From NCBI GenBank assembly GCA_045630845.1, contig JAZQTP010000045.1:16526-80525 (forward strand): 64,000 bases of DNA, written 5' to 3'. Made by a program: the position numbers and the translations under genes. The DNA is from Anaerotignum sp. Its GTDB lineage: Bacteria > Bacillota > Clostridia > Lachnospirales > Anaerotignaceae. This document shows, in pieces, positions 21,001 to 29,061 of this stretch (position 1 is the first letter of the stretch; each line of letters begins with the position of its first letter). Under the pieces are notes generated by a model. The model was not told where the DNA came from and did no database searches. It saw only the letters and a list, made by a program, of their open reading frames with translations.

Positions 21001-21467
21001 ATACAGATGTATCCAAGCTGAGCAGTGATGTATTTTTCTACGGTCTGGCAAAAGGCGAGGAAACCGTCATTGAAATCGGCGAGGGCAAGGAAATTACCAT
21101 TAAATATATTGATATGACAGAGCCAAACAGCGAGGGCTATCGTTTCCTGACCTTTGAAATAAACGGCGTAATGCGTGAAATCAAGGTGATGGATAAACAT
21201 CTGGAGGTCAAGAGCGATGGTAAGCTGAAAGCAGATAAGAATAATCCGTTCCATCTTGGCTCCTCCATTCCTGGCACAGTTTCTAAGGTGCTGGTGAAGG
21301 AGGGCGATGCGGTTGTGAAGAACCAGCCCTTGCTGACAGTAGAGGCAATGAAGATGGAAACCTCCATTGTAGCAAAGGAAGATGGCACAGTAGATAAGAT
21401 TTATGTGAAAGAAGGGGACAAGGTAAATCAAGGTGATTTGCTGGTTTCCTTTGTGCAGGAAAGATAA
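18003..21467 (+). CDS. pyc: pyruvate carboxylase
   Basis: Biotin carboxylase N-terminus (KKVLVANRGEIAIRVYRA), a central carboxyltransferase region (TTMRDAHQSL) and a C-terminal biotinyl motif EAMKMET. The start is at MGNVKI at 18003, after AAGGAGG. Confidence 0.9.
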   Translation: MGNVKIRRYKKVLVANRGEIAIRVYRALNELGIQTVGIFSKEDKYALFRTKTDEAYMLNPEKGPLDAYLDIENIIKIAKAKGVDAIHPGYGFLAENPEFVEACKKEGIDFIGPDVDVMYKMGDKISSKKMAIECNVPIIPGVDYAIRNLDEVLEVAANVGYPVMLKASNGGGGRGMRIVNTPEEMPTVFEEARNEAKKAFGDDKIFVEKYLRDPKHIEVQVLGDKYGNVVHLFDRDCSVQRRHQKVVEFAPAFTVSEPVREKILADAVRLSKYVGYKNAGTLEFLVDADENYYFIEMNPRIQVEHTVTEEVTGVDIVQAQILIEEGYPLYAPQIGLASQADVKCNAYSIQLRITTEDPANHFMPDTGKISVYRSPAGNGIRLDGAAAHAGAEITPYYDSLLVKVIAHDRTFRGVTNKAIRAIKETRIRGVKTNIPFLINVLQSKTWREGKCTTTFIENTPDLFHFVPGKDRASKIAEFIGNQIVNESRGEKPQFEPIIEPSFGKAENGTTIPVSGARDQFLKMGAKAYTQSLMQEKRLFLTDTTMRDAHQSLMATRLRTNDLLAAAPATNMAMANAFSVEAWGGATFDVAYRFLKESPWIRLDMLREAMPNTLIQMLLRASNAVGYANYPDNVVREFIKVSAERGIDVFRIFDSLNWVENMKMPIEEALKTEKIIEGAICYTGDILDPKETKYTLDYYVRKAKELEALGCHIFAIKDMAGLLKPYAAKKLFSTMKEELNIPLHLHTHDTTGNGVSTILMAAEAGVHIADVAIQSMSSLTSQPSMNAVVEALKGTERDTGLDTDQLTELSQYYQGVRQIFTGFESEMKTPNTEIYKYEIPGGQYSNLLAQVKAMGSADQFEEIKQLYKQANDLLGNIVKVTPSSKVVGDMAIFMSKNGLTQGNILTEGADLSYPDSVVDYFMGNIGQPEGGFPEALQKIVLKGAKPIEGRAGALMPAADFDAIEKHLKNAHAVKEINSRNKISYALYPKVYDDYTNHWEVYTDVSKLSSDVFFYGLAKGEETVIEIGEGKEITIKYIDMTEPNSEGYRFLTFEINGVMREIKVMDKHLEVKSDGKLKADKNNPFHLGSSIPGTVSKVLVKEGDAVVKNQPLLTVEAMKMETSIVAKEDGTVDKIYVKEGDKVNQGDLLVSFVQER

Positions 21468-21527
21468 AAATTAGACAAAATCCACAAAAGAAGATGCATA
21501 TAAAATTGCTTTTTTAGTTATTTTTTA

Positions 21528-21536
21528 GGGGGGGGG
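21528..21536 (+). repeat. homopolymeric G9 tract 14 nt upstream of the -35 box of the surface-protein promoter
   Basis: Counted directly: nine consecutive G residues at 21528-21536. Confidence 0.95.
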
Positions 21537-21550
21537 TATTGCGATGCTTC

Positions 21551-21579
21551 TTGTGATTTTGTCGAAAATGGCGTATAAT
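21551..21579 (+). promoter_or_regulatory. sigma-A-type promoter of the giant surface protein gene
   Basis: TTGTGA (21551-21556), 17-nt spacer, TATAAT (21574-21579). Confidence 0.5.
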
Positions 21580-21720
21580 ACAATCAAATTAGAAAATATA
21601 CCATAAATTGGCAAGCAAACAAGAAATTTTGCTATTTTTGGTAAGCAGCCCACAGTGTATAAGGAGCTACGCTGGGGCGAAGAAAAAAGCTCCAGTGAGA
21701 ACAGTAAGGGGGAGAGAGTA

Positions 21721-24700
21721 TTGAAAGAATGGAAAAGACTCTTGAGCAAACTGATGACTTTTGTCATGGTTTTCAGCTTACTTCCTACATCTGCTGTGTA
21801 TGCGGTAGAGAACACAGAATATTTCTGTGAACAGGAAGAGCATATCCATGACGAGATGTGTTATCTGATTTGCGGAAAAACGCTGGATACAGTGGAAGCT
21901 GTTGCCAGTGGCGACGAAATCATTTATCACAAACATGAGGAAAGCTGTTATGGGGCAGAATTGAACTGCCAAAAAGCGGAGCATACCCATACAGCAGAAT
22001 GTGAAACACCGGAGCAGACGGAAGATCCAGAGCAGACGGAAGATCCAGAGCAGACGGAGGATCCAGAGCAGACGGAGGAACCGGCAGACGGTGTGGAAAA
22101 AGAAATGGAAACTGCACTCCTGCAGCAGCCGATGCTGACAGCAGGGGCACACACAGATCATCGCATCTGCGGCTCGAAAGATTTGGAATGTCCAGGAAAC
22201 GATCATGGTTGCGGAGAAAGTGCCGTGTCGTGGACAGCCGTTTCTACACTGGAAGAATTGAAGAGTGCATTTGCAAGCGATGGCAACTACTATCTGGCGA
22301 ATGATATAGAATTTGATTTGGGTAAGAATATTCTGACAATCAGTAGAAATGTGAATCTTTGTCTAAATGGCAAGACGCTGCGTAAGGCTAAGCTGGACAT
22401 CAGAGATGTTATTCGGGTGCAGGCAAACGCAACGCTAAACCTATGCGATTGCAGCGGTACAAATGCCGGCGTAATTACCAATGGTAGCTCAGGTGTGAAA
22501 GTAGAGAGTGGTGCTACTTTCAATATGTATAGCGGTAACATTAGCGGCAATGGCAATGGTGTGGATAATAATGGCACCTTCAATATGTATGGCGGCAGCA
22601 TCAGTGGCAATGCGATAGATAAGTGTACATCGGGTATTCAAAATATCGGTGGTGCTGGTGTGTATAACGAAGGCACCTTCAATATGCGTGGCGGCACCAT
22701 CAGCGATAATGATGCGGATTATAACGGCTGGGGGAGTGGCGGCGGTGTATATGTTTGGAGCGGGGAATTTACCTTATATCAAGGTACCATTTCCGGCAAT
22801 GAAGCAGGCTATGACGGCGGCGGCGTATATGTAAGATCAGCGGGTATATTCACTATAGGGGAAGGCGACGGTGCTATCATTTCCGGCAATGAAGCACGCC
22901 AAAACGGCGGCGGCGTCTATTTACAATCTAGTAGTGCGAATAGTGGATTCAAGATGTATGGCGGCAAAATTTCCAACAACAACGCATATGGTACATATGG
23001 TGCTGGTAAAGAGGGTCATGGTGGCGGTGTGTACGGCTTTAATAGAAATATATCTATATTTGGCGGCGAAATCACTCAAAATCGTGCCGCTAAGGATGGC
23101 GGTGGCGTGTATGCATCTACAGATGACGATACTGCATTTTCTATGTCTGGTGGCACTATTAGCGAGAATACTGCGTCCGGATGTGGCGGCGGTGTGTGGC
23201 TACAAAATTCCTACAAGGCGTTAGAGATATCCGGCGGTAGCATCAGCCAAAATGAGGCAGAGAACGGCGGCGGTATATATATACATGATGGAACTGAGGA
23301 CTTCACAATTAGCGGTCTTACCATCAGCGACAATACGGCTGTAAACGGCGGCGGTGTGCATATCGCAAAGGACGGAGCAGCATTAGAAATGCATGACAAT
23401 ACTAGCATCACTGGAAACCATGCTGTAAACGGCGGCGGTGTGTATATTCAAGACAACACACAAGCTCCGGGTGCTAGCACAGTGGATTACGGTAAATTTT
23501 ATATACAGGGCGGTAGCATCAGCAAAAATGAGGCAGAGCATGGCGGCGGTGTGTATGCTGTAGGGAGCTCCTCAATTTACCTGAACGGTGGCTATATCAT
23601 TGAGAATACCCTAACCGATGGAAGCACAGCCAACAACATAGATTTGAGCCACGGTGTAACGATAGCTGACATAGAGGAGAACCTTGCTTCGTCAGCCAAA
23701 TTCGGCATTACAGCGGAGAAAGGGGCGTATGTTACCCGGACACTGTGGTGGAGAAAGTTTTCTCCGGAACAGATGGCATGCTTTGTTGCCGATGTCCGAA
23801 ATAGGAAGGTTGAATATTTATCTGGCGAAAACAAACTGCAGATGGTGGGATACCATCCTTCCCACAGCATTTGTGGCAGTGAAGAATGTGAGCATGATGG
23901 ATGTGCAGGAACAGATACCCAATGGAAAGTCTTCGAGGAGATGGGCTGGTATGAGCTACCGAGCGGCAACTATTATTTGAGTGACGATTATACGATGGAG
24001 GAGCAGAGGAGCGGCATAAGCATAGATAACCCGGTAACCATTTGTTTGGCTGGTAATACACTCGATCTGGCGGGAGGAAGCGGTTTTCAGGTGGATTCGG
24101 CTGCAACCCTGACGCTTTGTGATTGTGTTGGAGGCGGCGAAATTATTGGTGGCGGCTATTCTGCTATACATATCGGGGGACCCGCCGTAGGAGAAGAAAC
24201 AGCTACTTTCATCATGTATGGCGGCAGCATTACCGGCAATAACCGCGGCGTGTCTAATAGAGGTACTTTCATTATGCATGGCGGCGACATCAGCGACAAT
24301 AATGGCAGCGGTGTGTATAATTGTGGCACTTTCATTATGGAAGATGGCAGCATCGCCGACAATACGGCTGAAAAGGGCGGTGGCGTACACAACGATGGCG
24401 CTGAATTTATTATGAATGGCGGCACCATCAGCGGCAATAACGGCAGCGGTGTGTATAATGGGTATTACAATGGAGAAGAAGGAAGTTTCACCATGAATGG
24501 TGGCGAAATCACCGGCAATACGGGGGAAAATGGCGGTGGTGTGTATAACGATAGTGACTGTGACTTCACCATGAATGACGGTACCATCGGCGGCAATATT
24601 GGCAATGGTGGTGTGTATAATAACGGTGGGACTTTGACTATAAATGGTGGTGAGATTACGGATGATATCCTCGTTAGGGATACTTCTTACCCCGGCAAAG

Positions 24701-26916
24701 ATATACTTGCGATACCCGATCCGGATAATCCCGGCGGACTTATCTATGTAGAAGTAGATGAGGAGCATCCCGGAGTATATTACCCTGTAAATCCTAAGGG
24801 AAATGAAGTTTATATTCCGGATACTTATAAGCCTGGTAGATATATTACAGTAGAGCCAGTAGAGAAGCCTGCTGGAGCATATAAGCCTATCAATCCGAAA
24901 GAGGGACAGGGAAATGGAGTTTATATTCCGGATCCTTATAAGCCCGGTGAATTTATCTTTATCCTTGTTGTACCGGATGAAGATAACCCCGGAGCATATA
25001 ACCCGGTAAAACCCGATGGCGAAATTGGGGAAGATATCATTATTCCGGATCCTTCAAACCCCGGTGGATTTATTCCTGTTGTACCGGATGAAGATCATCC
25101 CGGTGGCTATAACCCGGTAGACCCCGACTCTGGCGAGGTAGGGGAAGATATCATCTTACCGGATCCTTCTAATCCCGGCGGATTTATCCCTGTTGTACCG
25201 GATGAAGATCATCCCGGTGGCTATAACCCGAAAGATCCCGACTCTGGCGAGGTAGGGGAAGATATTATTGTACCGGATCCTTCTAATCCCGGTGGCGGAT
25301 TTACGCCTGGGATACCCGATCCGGAAAATCCTGAAGTAATTATCCCGGTGAAACCCGATCCGGATGTTCCCGGTGGATATAATCCGATAAACCCGGATAC
25401 AGGTGATGTTGATGAAGACATTATTATCATTCCGGATCCTTCAAACCCCGGCGGCTATATTCCTGTTGTACCGGATGAAGATAACCCCGGAGCATATAAC
25501 CCGAAAGATCCCGAAACAGGCGAAGGTACGGGAGATATCATTATTCCGGATCCTTCAAACCCCGGTGGATTTATCCCTGTTGTACCGGATGAAGATACCC
25601 CCGGAGCATATAATCCGAAAGATCCCGAAACAGGCGAAGGTACGGAAGATATCATCATCCCGGATCCCTATAATCCCGGTGGCTTCATTCCTGTAGAACC
25701 TTCTGAGGATGTACCCGGTGCATATGTACCTACAACACCCGAAGAGGGAAAAGAGAAAGAAATCATCATCCCGGATCCCTCTAACCCTGGCGGTTTCATT
25801 CCTCTTGTACCGGATGAAGATAACCCCGGAGCATATAAGGATAAGGCTGGAAACATTTATATACCTGTAAAGGATAAGGATGGTAAAATAGAGTTTGTAT
25901 CTGTAAAAGAGAATGCTGATGGCACTTATACAAATGCTTCTGATTCCACGAAGAAGTATAAAGCTGTAGATGCAAATGAGGATGGTAAGCCTGATTATTA
26001 TGAAATTGTGACACCTGTTAAACCTGTCACGCCTGTCACACCCGGCGGTAGTTCCGGCGGCGGTGGCGGCGGCGGTGGTGGCGGGGGCGGCGGGGCCGCT
26101 CCAGCTGTAGATACAGACGCCACTGTCAAAGTGATACCTACAGAAAATGGTAATACAACGGTTGATAATCCAAATGCGAAGAAGGGCAATACGGTAACTA
26201 TTACTGTAACACCTAATATAGGCTTTGAATTGGATGTGCTGAAAGTCACAGATAAAAATAGTAAGGCAATTGAAACAAAAGAACTTGGAAATAATAAGTA
26301 TAGCTTTGTTTTCCCTGGAGGCGTTGTATCTGTAGAGGCAACATATCGTATGATAGAAGAAGTGATTACTCTGGAGAATTACGACCCTGCGAAAGCGATG
26401 ATTTTGAAAGTTGGCGGGTCTATAGCCCAGCTATTTGGCAAGGCAGCGGCAATGGATGCAGCTCCTATTATCAGAAATGACAGAACGATGCTTCCTATCA
26501 GAATTATTGCGGAAGGTCTTGGTACAAAGGTTGCATGGAATGCAGCAGAGCGCAAGACAACAATATCCAGTGGAAACACAGTGATTGAAATTATAATTAA
26601 TTCCAAGATTGCAAAAGTAAATGGTAAGCCTGTTCAGCTGGATGCACCTGCATTTATCGAAAGTAATAGAACCTATCTGCCATTGAGATTTGTAGCAGAG
26701 AATTTGAATGCAACTGTACTTTGGGATGCAAAAGAAAGACAGGTAATTATTGTTCCCAAGGCAGTAAGCACAGCAGCAAAAGCAGCAGGTACAGCAGCAG
26801 CAGGTACAGCAGCGGCAGGTACAGCAGCGGCAGGTACAGCAGCAAAAGCAGCAGGTACAGCAGCAAAAGCAGCAGGTACAGCAGCAAATGTGAAAGCAGG
26901 CAGTGCGAAAGAATAA
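21721..26916 (+). CDS. giant secreted surface protein (about 1730 aa). Architecture: two Cys/His-rich + parallel-beta-helix (GGGVY repeat) modules, a Pro-rich 38-aa tandem repeat stalk, a poly-Gly linker, an Ig-like region, a copper-amine-oxidase-N-terminal-like domain and an A/G/T/K repeat tail.
   Basis: A TTG start at 21721, after the GGGGGAGAG RBS, gives the signal peptide (M)KEWKRLLSKLMTFVMVFSLLPTSAVYA. The GGGVY/GGGVH motif recurs more than 12 times. MLPIRIIAEGLG...RTYLPLRFVAENLNATV matches the clostridial stalk (Cu_amine_oxidN1-like) domain. No LPXTG motif or SLH domain. Confidence 0.85.
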   Translation: MKEWKRLLSKLMTFVMVFSLLPTSAVYAVENTEYFCEQEEHIHDEMCYLICGKTLDTVEAVASGDEIIYHKHEESCYGAELNCQKAEHTHTAECETPEQTEDPEQTEDPEQTEDPEQTEEPADGVEKEMETALLQQPMLTAGAHTDHRICGSKDLECPGNDHGCGESAVSWTAVSTLEELKSAFASDGNYYLANDIEFDLGKNILTISRNVNLCLNGKTLRKAKLDIRDVIRVQANATLNLCDCSGTNAGVITNGSSGVKVESGATFNMYSGNISGNGNGVDNNGTFNMYGGSISGNAIDKCTSGIQNIGGAGVYNEGTFNMRGGTISDNDADYNGWGSGGGVYVWSGEFTLYQGTISGNEAGYDGGGVYVRSAGIFTIGEGDGAIISGNEARQNGGGVYLQSSSANSGFKMYGGKISNNNAYGTYGAGKEGHGGGVYGFNRNISIFGGEITQNRAAKDGGGVYASTDDDTAFSMSGGTISENTASGCGGGVWLQNSYKALEISGGSISQNEAENGGGIYIHDGTEDFTISGLTISDNTAVNGGGVHIAKDGAALEMHDNTSITGNHAVNGGGVYIQDNTQAPGASTVDYGKFYIQGGSISKNEAEHGGGVYAVGSSSIYLNGGYIIENTLTDGSTANNIDLSHGVTIADIEENLASSAKFGITAEKGAYVTRTLWWRKFSPEQMACFVADVRNRKVEYLSGENKLQMVGYHPSHSICGSEECEHDGCAGTDTQWKVFEEMGWYELPSGNYYLSDDYTMEEQRSGISIDNPVTICLAGNTLDLAGGSGFQVDSAATLTLCDCVGGGEIIGGGYSAIHIGGPAVGEETATFIMYGGSITGNNRGVSNRGTFIMHGGDISDNNGSGVYNCGTFIMEDGSIADNTAEKGGGVHNDGAEFIMNGGTISGNNGSGVYNGYYNGEEGSFTMNGGEITGNTGENGGGVYNDSDCDFTMNDGTIGGNIGNGGVYNNGGTLTINGGEITDDILVRDTSYPGKDILAIPDPDNPGGLIYVEVDEEHPGVYYPVNPKGNEVYIPDTYKPGRYITVEPVEKPAGAYKPINPKEGQGNGVYIPDPYKPGEFIFILVVPDEDNPGAYNPVKPDGEIGEDIIIPDPSNPGGFIPVVPDEDHPGGYNPVDPDSGEVGEDIILPDPSNPGGFIPVVPDEDHPGGYNPKDPDSGEVGEDIIVPDPSNPGGGFTPGIPDPENPEVIIPVKPDPDVPGGYNPINPDTGDVDEDIIIIPDPSNPGGYIPVVPDEDNPGAYNPKDPETGEGTGDIIIPDPSNPGGFIPVVPDEDTPGAYNPKDPETGEGTEDIIIPDPYNPGGFIPVEPSEDVPGAYVPTTPEEGKEKEIIIPDPSNPGGFIPLVPDEDNPGAYKDKAGNIYIPVKDKDGKIEFVSVKENADGTYTNASDSTKKYKAVDANEDGKPDYYEIVTPVKPVTPVTPGGSSGGGGGGGGGGGGGAAPAVDTDATVKVIPTENGNTTVDNPNAKKGNTVTITVTPNIGFELDVLKVTDKNSKAIETKELGNNKYSFVFPGGVVSVEATYRMIEEVITLENYDPAKAMILKVGGSIAQLFGKAAAMDAAPIIRNDRTMLPIRIIAEGLGTKVAWNAAERKTTISSGNTVIEIIINSKIAKVNGKPVQLDAPAFIESNRTYLPLRFVAENLNATVLWDAKERQVIIVPKAVSTAAKAAGTAAAGTAAAGTAAAGTAAKAAGTAAKAAGTAANVKAGSAKE
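22009..22080 (+). repeat. 4 x 18-nt in-frame tandem repeat (PEQTED)
   Basis: ccggagcagacggaagat-type units read directly from the sequence. Confidence 0.9.
24712..25839 (+). repeat. about 10 x 114-nt in-frame tandem repeat encoding IIIPDPSNPGGFIPVVPDEDxPGxYNPxDPxxGExxED
   Basis: The period was verified from two near-identical neighbouring units that start at ccggat 25045 and 25159, i.e. 114 nt apart. Units become more diverged towards both ends. Confidence 0.9.
26041..26100 (+). repeat. GGN low-complexity run encoding GGSSGGGGGGGGGGGGGAAPA
   Basis: Read directly from the sequence. Confidence 0.9.
26773..26886 (+). repeat. 15/21-nt in-frame repeats encoding AAGT / AAKAAGT units at the C-terminus of the surface protein
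   Basis: gcagc(a/g)gcaggtaca and gcagcaaaagcagcaggtaca units read directly from the sequence. Confidence 0.9.
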
Positions 26917-27063
26917 AAAAACAGGAAGTATTTTTACTGATGTGAGAAGATTTCTTGTTTGATTGGCAATACAGATGGTTCACCGCTTTGTTATTCGAAA
27001 GAAATTTTGCGTAACAGAGCGGAGGCCGTCGCTGAAAAAAACGAAAACACTGCGGATAAAAGA

Positions 27064-27103
27064 AATCGTCGGTTCCGACAATAGTCGGTTCCGACGATTT
27101 TTT
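27064..27103 (+). terminator. intrinsic terminator of the surface protein gene
   Basis: Extended hairpin aatcgtcgg-tt-ccgac-aata-gtcgg-tt-ccgacgatt followed by T6. The T-run doubles as the first bases of repeat copy B. Confidence 0.7.
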
Positions 27104-27223
27104 ACTCTATAAGAAATTTCGTTTCTTATAGAGTAAAACCCTCCGGGGGATCGCACTGCGGCGGCAAGGTAATCAGTCGCTAGCGACACCGCCGCAGGCG
27201 GAGCATTTCGTCAAGCGAAATGC
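27098..27223 (+). repeat. about 126-nt structured intergenic repeat, copy B
   Basis: See copy A (727-852). Same four hairpins, flanked by T-runs on both sides. Confidence 0.9.
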
Positions 27224-27445
27224 TTTTTTATTTGATGGGAGAGTTTGTTGTATATTTTAGATTGGAGTTTTGCAAAATGTCCTTTTGTTGAAGTGTTTTA
27301 CACATTTTTTGGTGCAATTTATACAAATACATTGCGAAACAAGGCAGAATGGGTTATATTAATAAGTGAAATAAAATATGTGCAATATGCTTTTGGAAAA
27401 ATAAGAAATTTGAAATAATATAAGATTTTGGAAGGAGGAGTAATT

Positions 27446-28750
27446 ATGGGATTGATTAAAGCAGCATTTGGTTCTGCAGGTGCTGTCATGGCGGATCAGT
27501 GGAAGGATTTTTTTACTTGTGACTCCATGCCGGCAGATGTATTGATTATGAGAGGCAGAAAAAAACAGTCGGGGCGCTCTAGTAATACAAAGGCAGATGC
27601 AGATATTATTACAAATGGTTCTGTCATTGCGGTTGCGGAAGGGCAGTGTATGCTCATTACAGAACAGGGCAAGGTAGTGGATGTTTGTGCAGAGCCAGGT
27701 GAATATACATACGATATGTCTACAGAGCCATCGGTATTCTCCGGCGATTTGGGTGATGACATCAAGGCAGTCTTCCGGAATATTGGCAAGCGTTTTACAT
27801 TTGGCGGCGAAGCACCGAAGGATCAGCGTGTTTACTATGTGAATACAAAGGAGATTATTGGAAATAAATATGGCACACCTTCTCCAGTTCCCTTTAGAGT
27901 TGTGGATGAAAGGGCTGCCATTGATATTGATATTTCTGTACGCTGTTTCGGCGTATATAGCTATAAGGTGGTAAACCCCTTGCTGCTGTATACAGCACTG
28001 AGCGGCAATGTATCTGATGTTTACACCAGAGATGAATTGGATGCACAGCTGAAAAGTGAGTTGCTGACGAAATTGCAGCCGGCATTTGCAAGAATTTCTG
28101 CGATGGGTGTTCGTTATTCTGCGATTCCCGGTCATACTACAGAGCTGGCAGCAGCCTTGCGGGAGGAGCTAACAGCAGATTGGAAAGAAGGACGCGGTAT
28201 TGAAATGCAGTCTATCGGGGTTTCTTCTGTTAAGGCAAGTGAAGAAGACGAAAAGATGATCAAAGAAATGCAGCGTGATGTTGCATATATGGATGAAAGG
28301 CGTGCGGCTGGTCGTCTGGCGGGCGCAAGAGCAGCGGCGATGGAGGCAGCGGCAAGTAATCCCAATGGTGCAATGGCAGGCTTTATGGGCATGGGTATGG
28401 TAAATGGTATGGGCAGTATGAGCGAACAGCAGCTCTTTCAGATGGCAAATCAGAGGGAACAGATGCAGCAGACGGCACCTGCTTCTGCAGAGGGCTGGAA
28501 ATGCAGCTGTGGAGCAATAGCGACAGGGAAATTCTGTCCTGAATGTGGTGCTCCAAAGCCTGTGGAAGGTTGGAGTTGTGTTTGTGGCGCGGTGAATAAA
28601 GGGAATTTCTGTACAGAGTGTGGTGCTAAGAAGCCTGTAGGTGTTACCCGATACAAATGTGATAAGTGTGGTTGGATGCCTGAAGACCTGACAAAGGCAC
28701 CAAAATTCTGCCCTGAATGCGGCAATCCCTTTGATGGTGGGGATATTTGA
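27446..28750 (+). CDS. SPFH-domain protein with three C-terminal zinc ribbons (YdjI / COG4260-like)
   Basis: The MGLIKAAFGSAGAVMADQWKDFF... N-terminus is typical of YdjI-like proteins. The C-terminus has three CxxC...CxxC units (CSCGAIATGKFCPECG, CVCGAVNKGNFCTECG, CDKCGW...FCPECG). The start is at ATG 27446, after GGAAGGAGG. Confidence 0.75.
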   Translation: MGLIKAAFGSAGAVMADQWKDFFTCDSMPADVLIMRGRKKQSGRSSNTKADADIITNGSVIAVAEGQCMLITEQGKVVDVCAEPGEYTYDMSTEPSVFSGDLGDDIKAVFRNIGKRFTFGGEAPKDQRVYYVNTKEIIGNKYGTPSPVPFRVVDERAAIDIDISVRCFGVYSYKVVNPLLLYTALSGNVSDVYTRDELDAQLKSELLTKLQPAFARISAMGVRYSAIPGHTTELAAALREELTADWKEGRGIEMQSIGVSSVKASEEDEKMIKEMQRDVAYMDERRAAGRLAGARAAAMEAAASNPNGAMAGFMGMGMVNGMGSMSEQQLFQMANQREQMQQTAPASAEGWKCSCGAIATGKFCPECGAPKPVEGWSCVCGAVNKGNFCTECGAKKPVGVTRYKCDKCGWMPEDLTKAPKFCPECGNPFDGGDI

Positions 28751-28787
28751 AGTGCTGATGACTTACTGAAATCGCCTTCGCAGAAAT

Positions 28788-28896
28788 GAAGTGATGCATT
28801 TACCTACTGAAGAACAGGGGTTAGCAAACATGGATGCTGCTTCAGGAAGGTGGCAGAGAAAATACCCAAATGCCATGAAAGGCTGCTCGAATAATA
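28788..28896 (+). pseudogene. possible remnant of an IS256/mutator-family transposase (about 35 codons)
   Basis: One frame reads ...PTEEQGLANMDAASGRWQRKYPNAMKGCSNN. From memory this resembles the conserved W-x-x-K-Y-P...W-x-x-N-W block of IS256-type transposases. There is no start codon or remaining gene body, so support is weak. Confidence 0.3.
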
Positions 28897-28901
28897 GAAA
28901 A

Positions 28902-28956
28902 CAGGCATATCAGAAGTCCTGTAAATCAGGATTTTCTTGATATGCCTGCATTTTTG
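28902..28956. terminator. bidirectional intrinsic terminator between the convergent SPFH and kdpE-like genes
   Basis: 11-bp stem caggcatatca (28902-28912) / tgatatgcctg (28938-28948) with an inner tcctg/cagga hairpin. T-runs follow on both strands. Confidence 0.7.
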
Positions 28957-29061
28957 TCATTATATTGTTTTTGAGGTTGGATGCTTGGAAAATTAGCTGT
29001 TCAGCCATAAAATTCTGTCATAGAAATCCTATTTATAGAAAATTTTTCACACCCGTTCCTT

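Noticed and set aside
17925-21431. Long minus-strand ORFs (330, 323 and 203 aa) antisense to pyruvate carboxylase.
   Set aside because: Pyruvate carboxylase on the plus strand is unambiguous (biotin carboxylase, carboxyltransferase and AMKM motifs). The antisense translations are Cys/His/Phe-rich nonsense.
24712-25839. Regular 114-nt periodic repeats that could superficially be mistaken for a CRISPR-like array or satellite.
   Set aside because: The repeats are contiguous with no unique spacers, in frame, and encode a Pro-rich 38-aa unit within a single long ORF that has a signal peptide.
26980-27189. A 69-aa minus-strand ORF overlapping repeat copy B and the terminator.
   Set aside because: It is composed of hairpin sequence, has no RBS, and the equivalent frame is not preserved in copy A.
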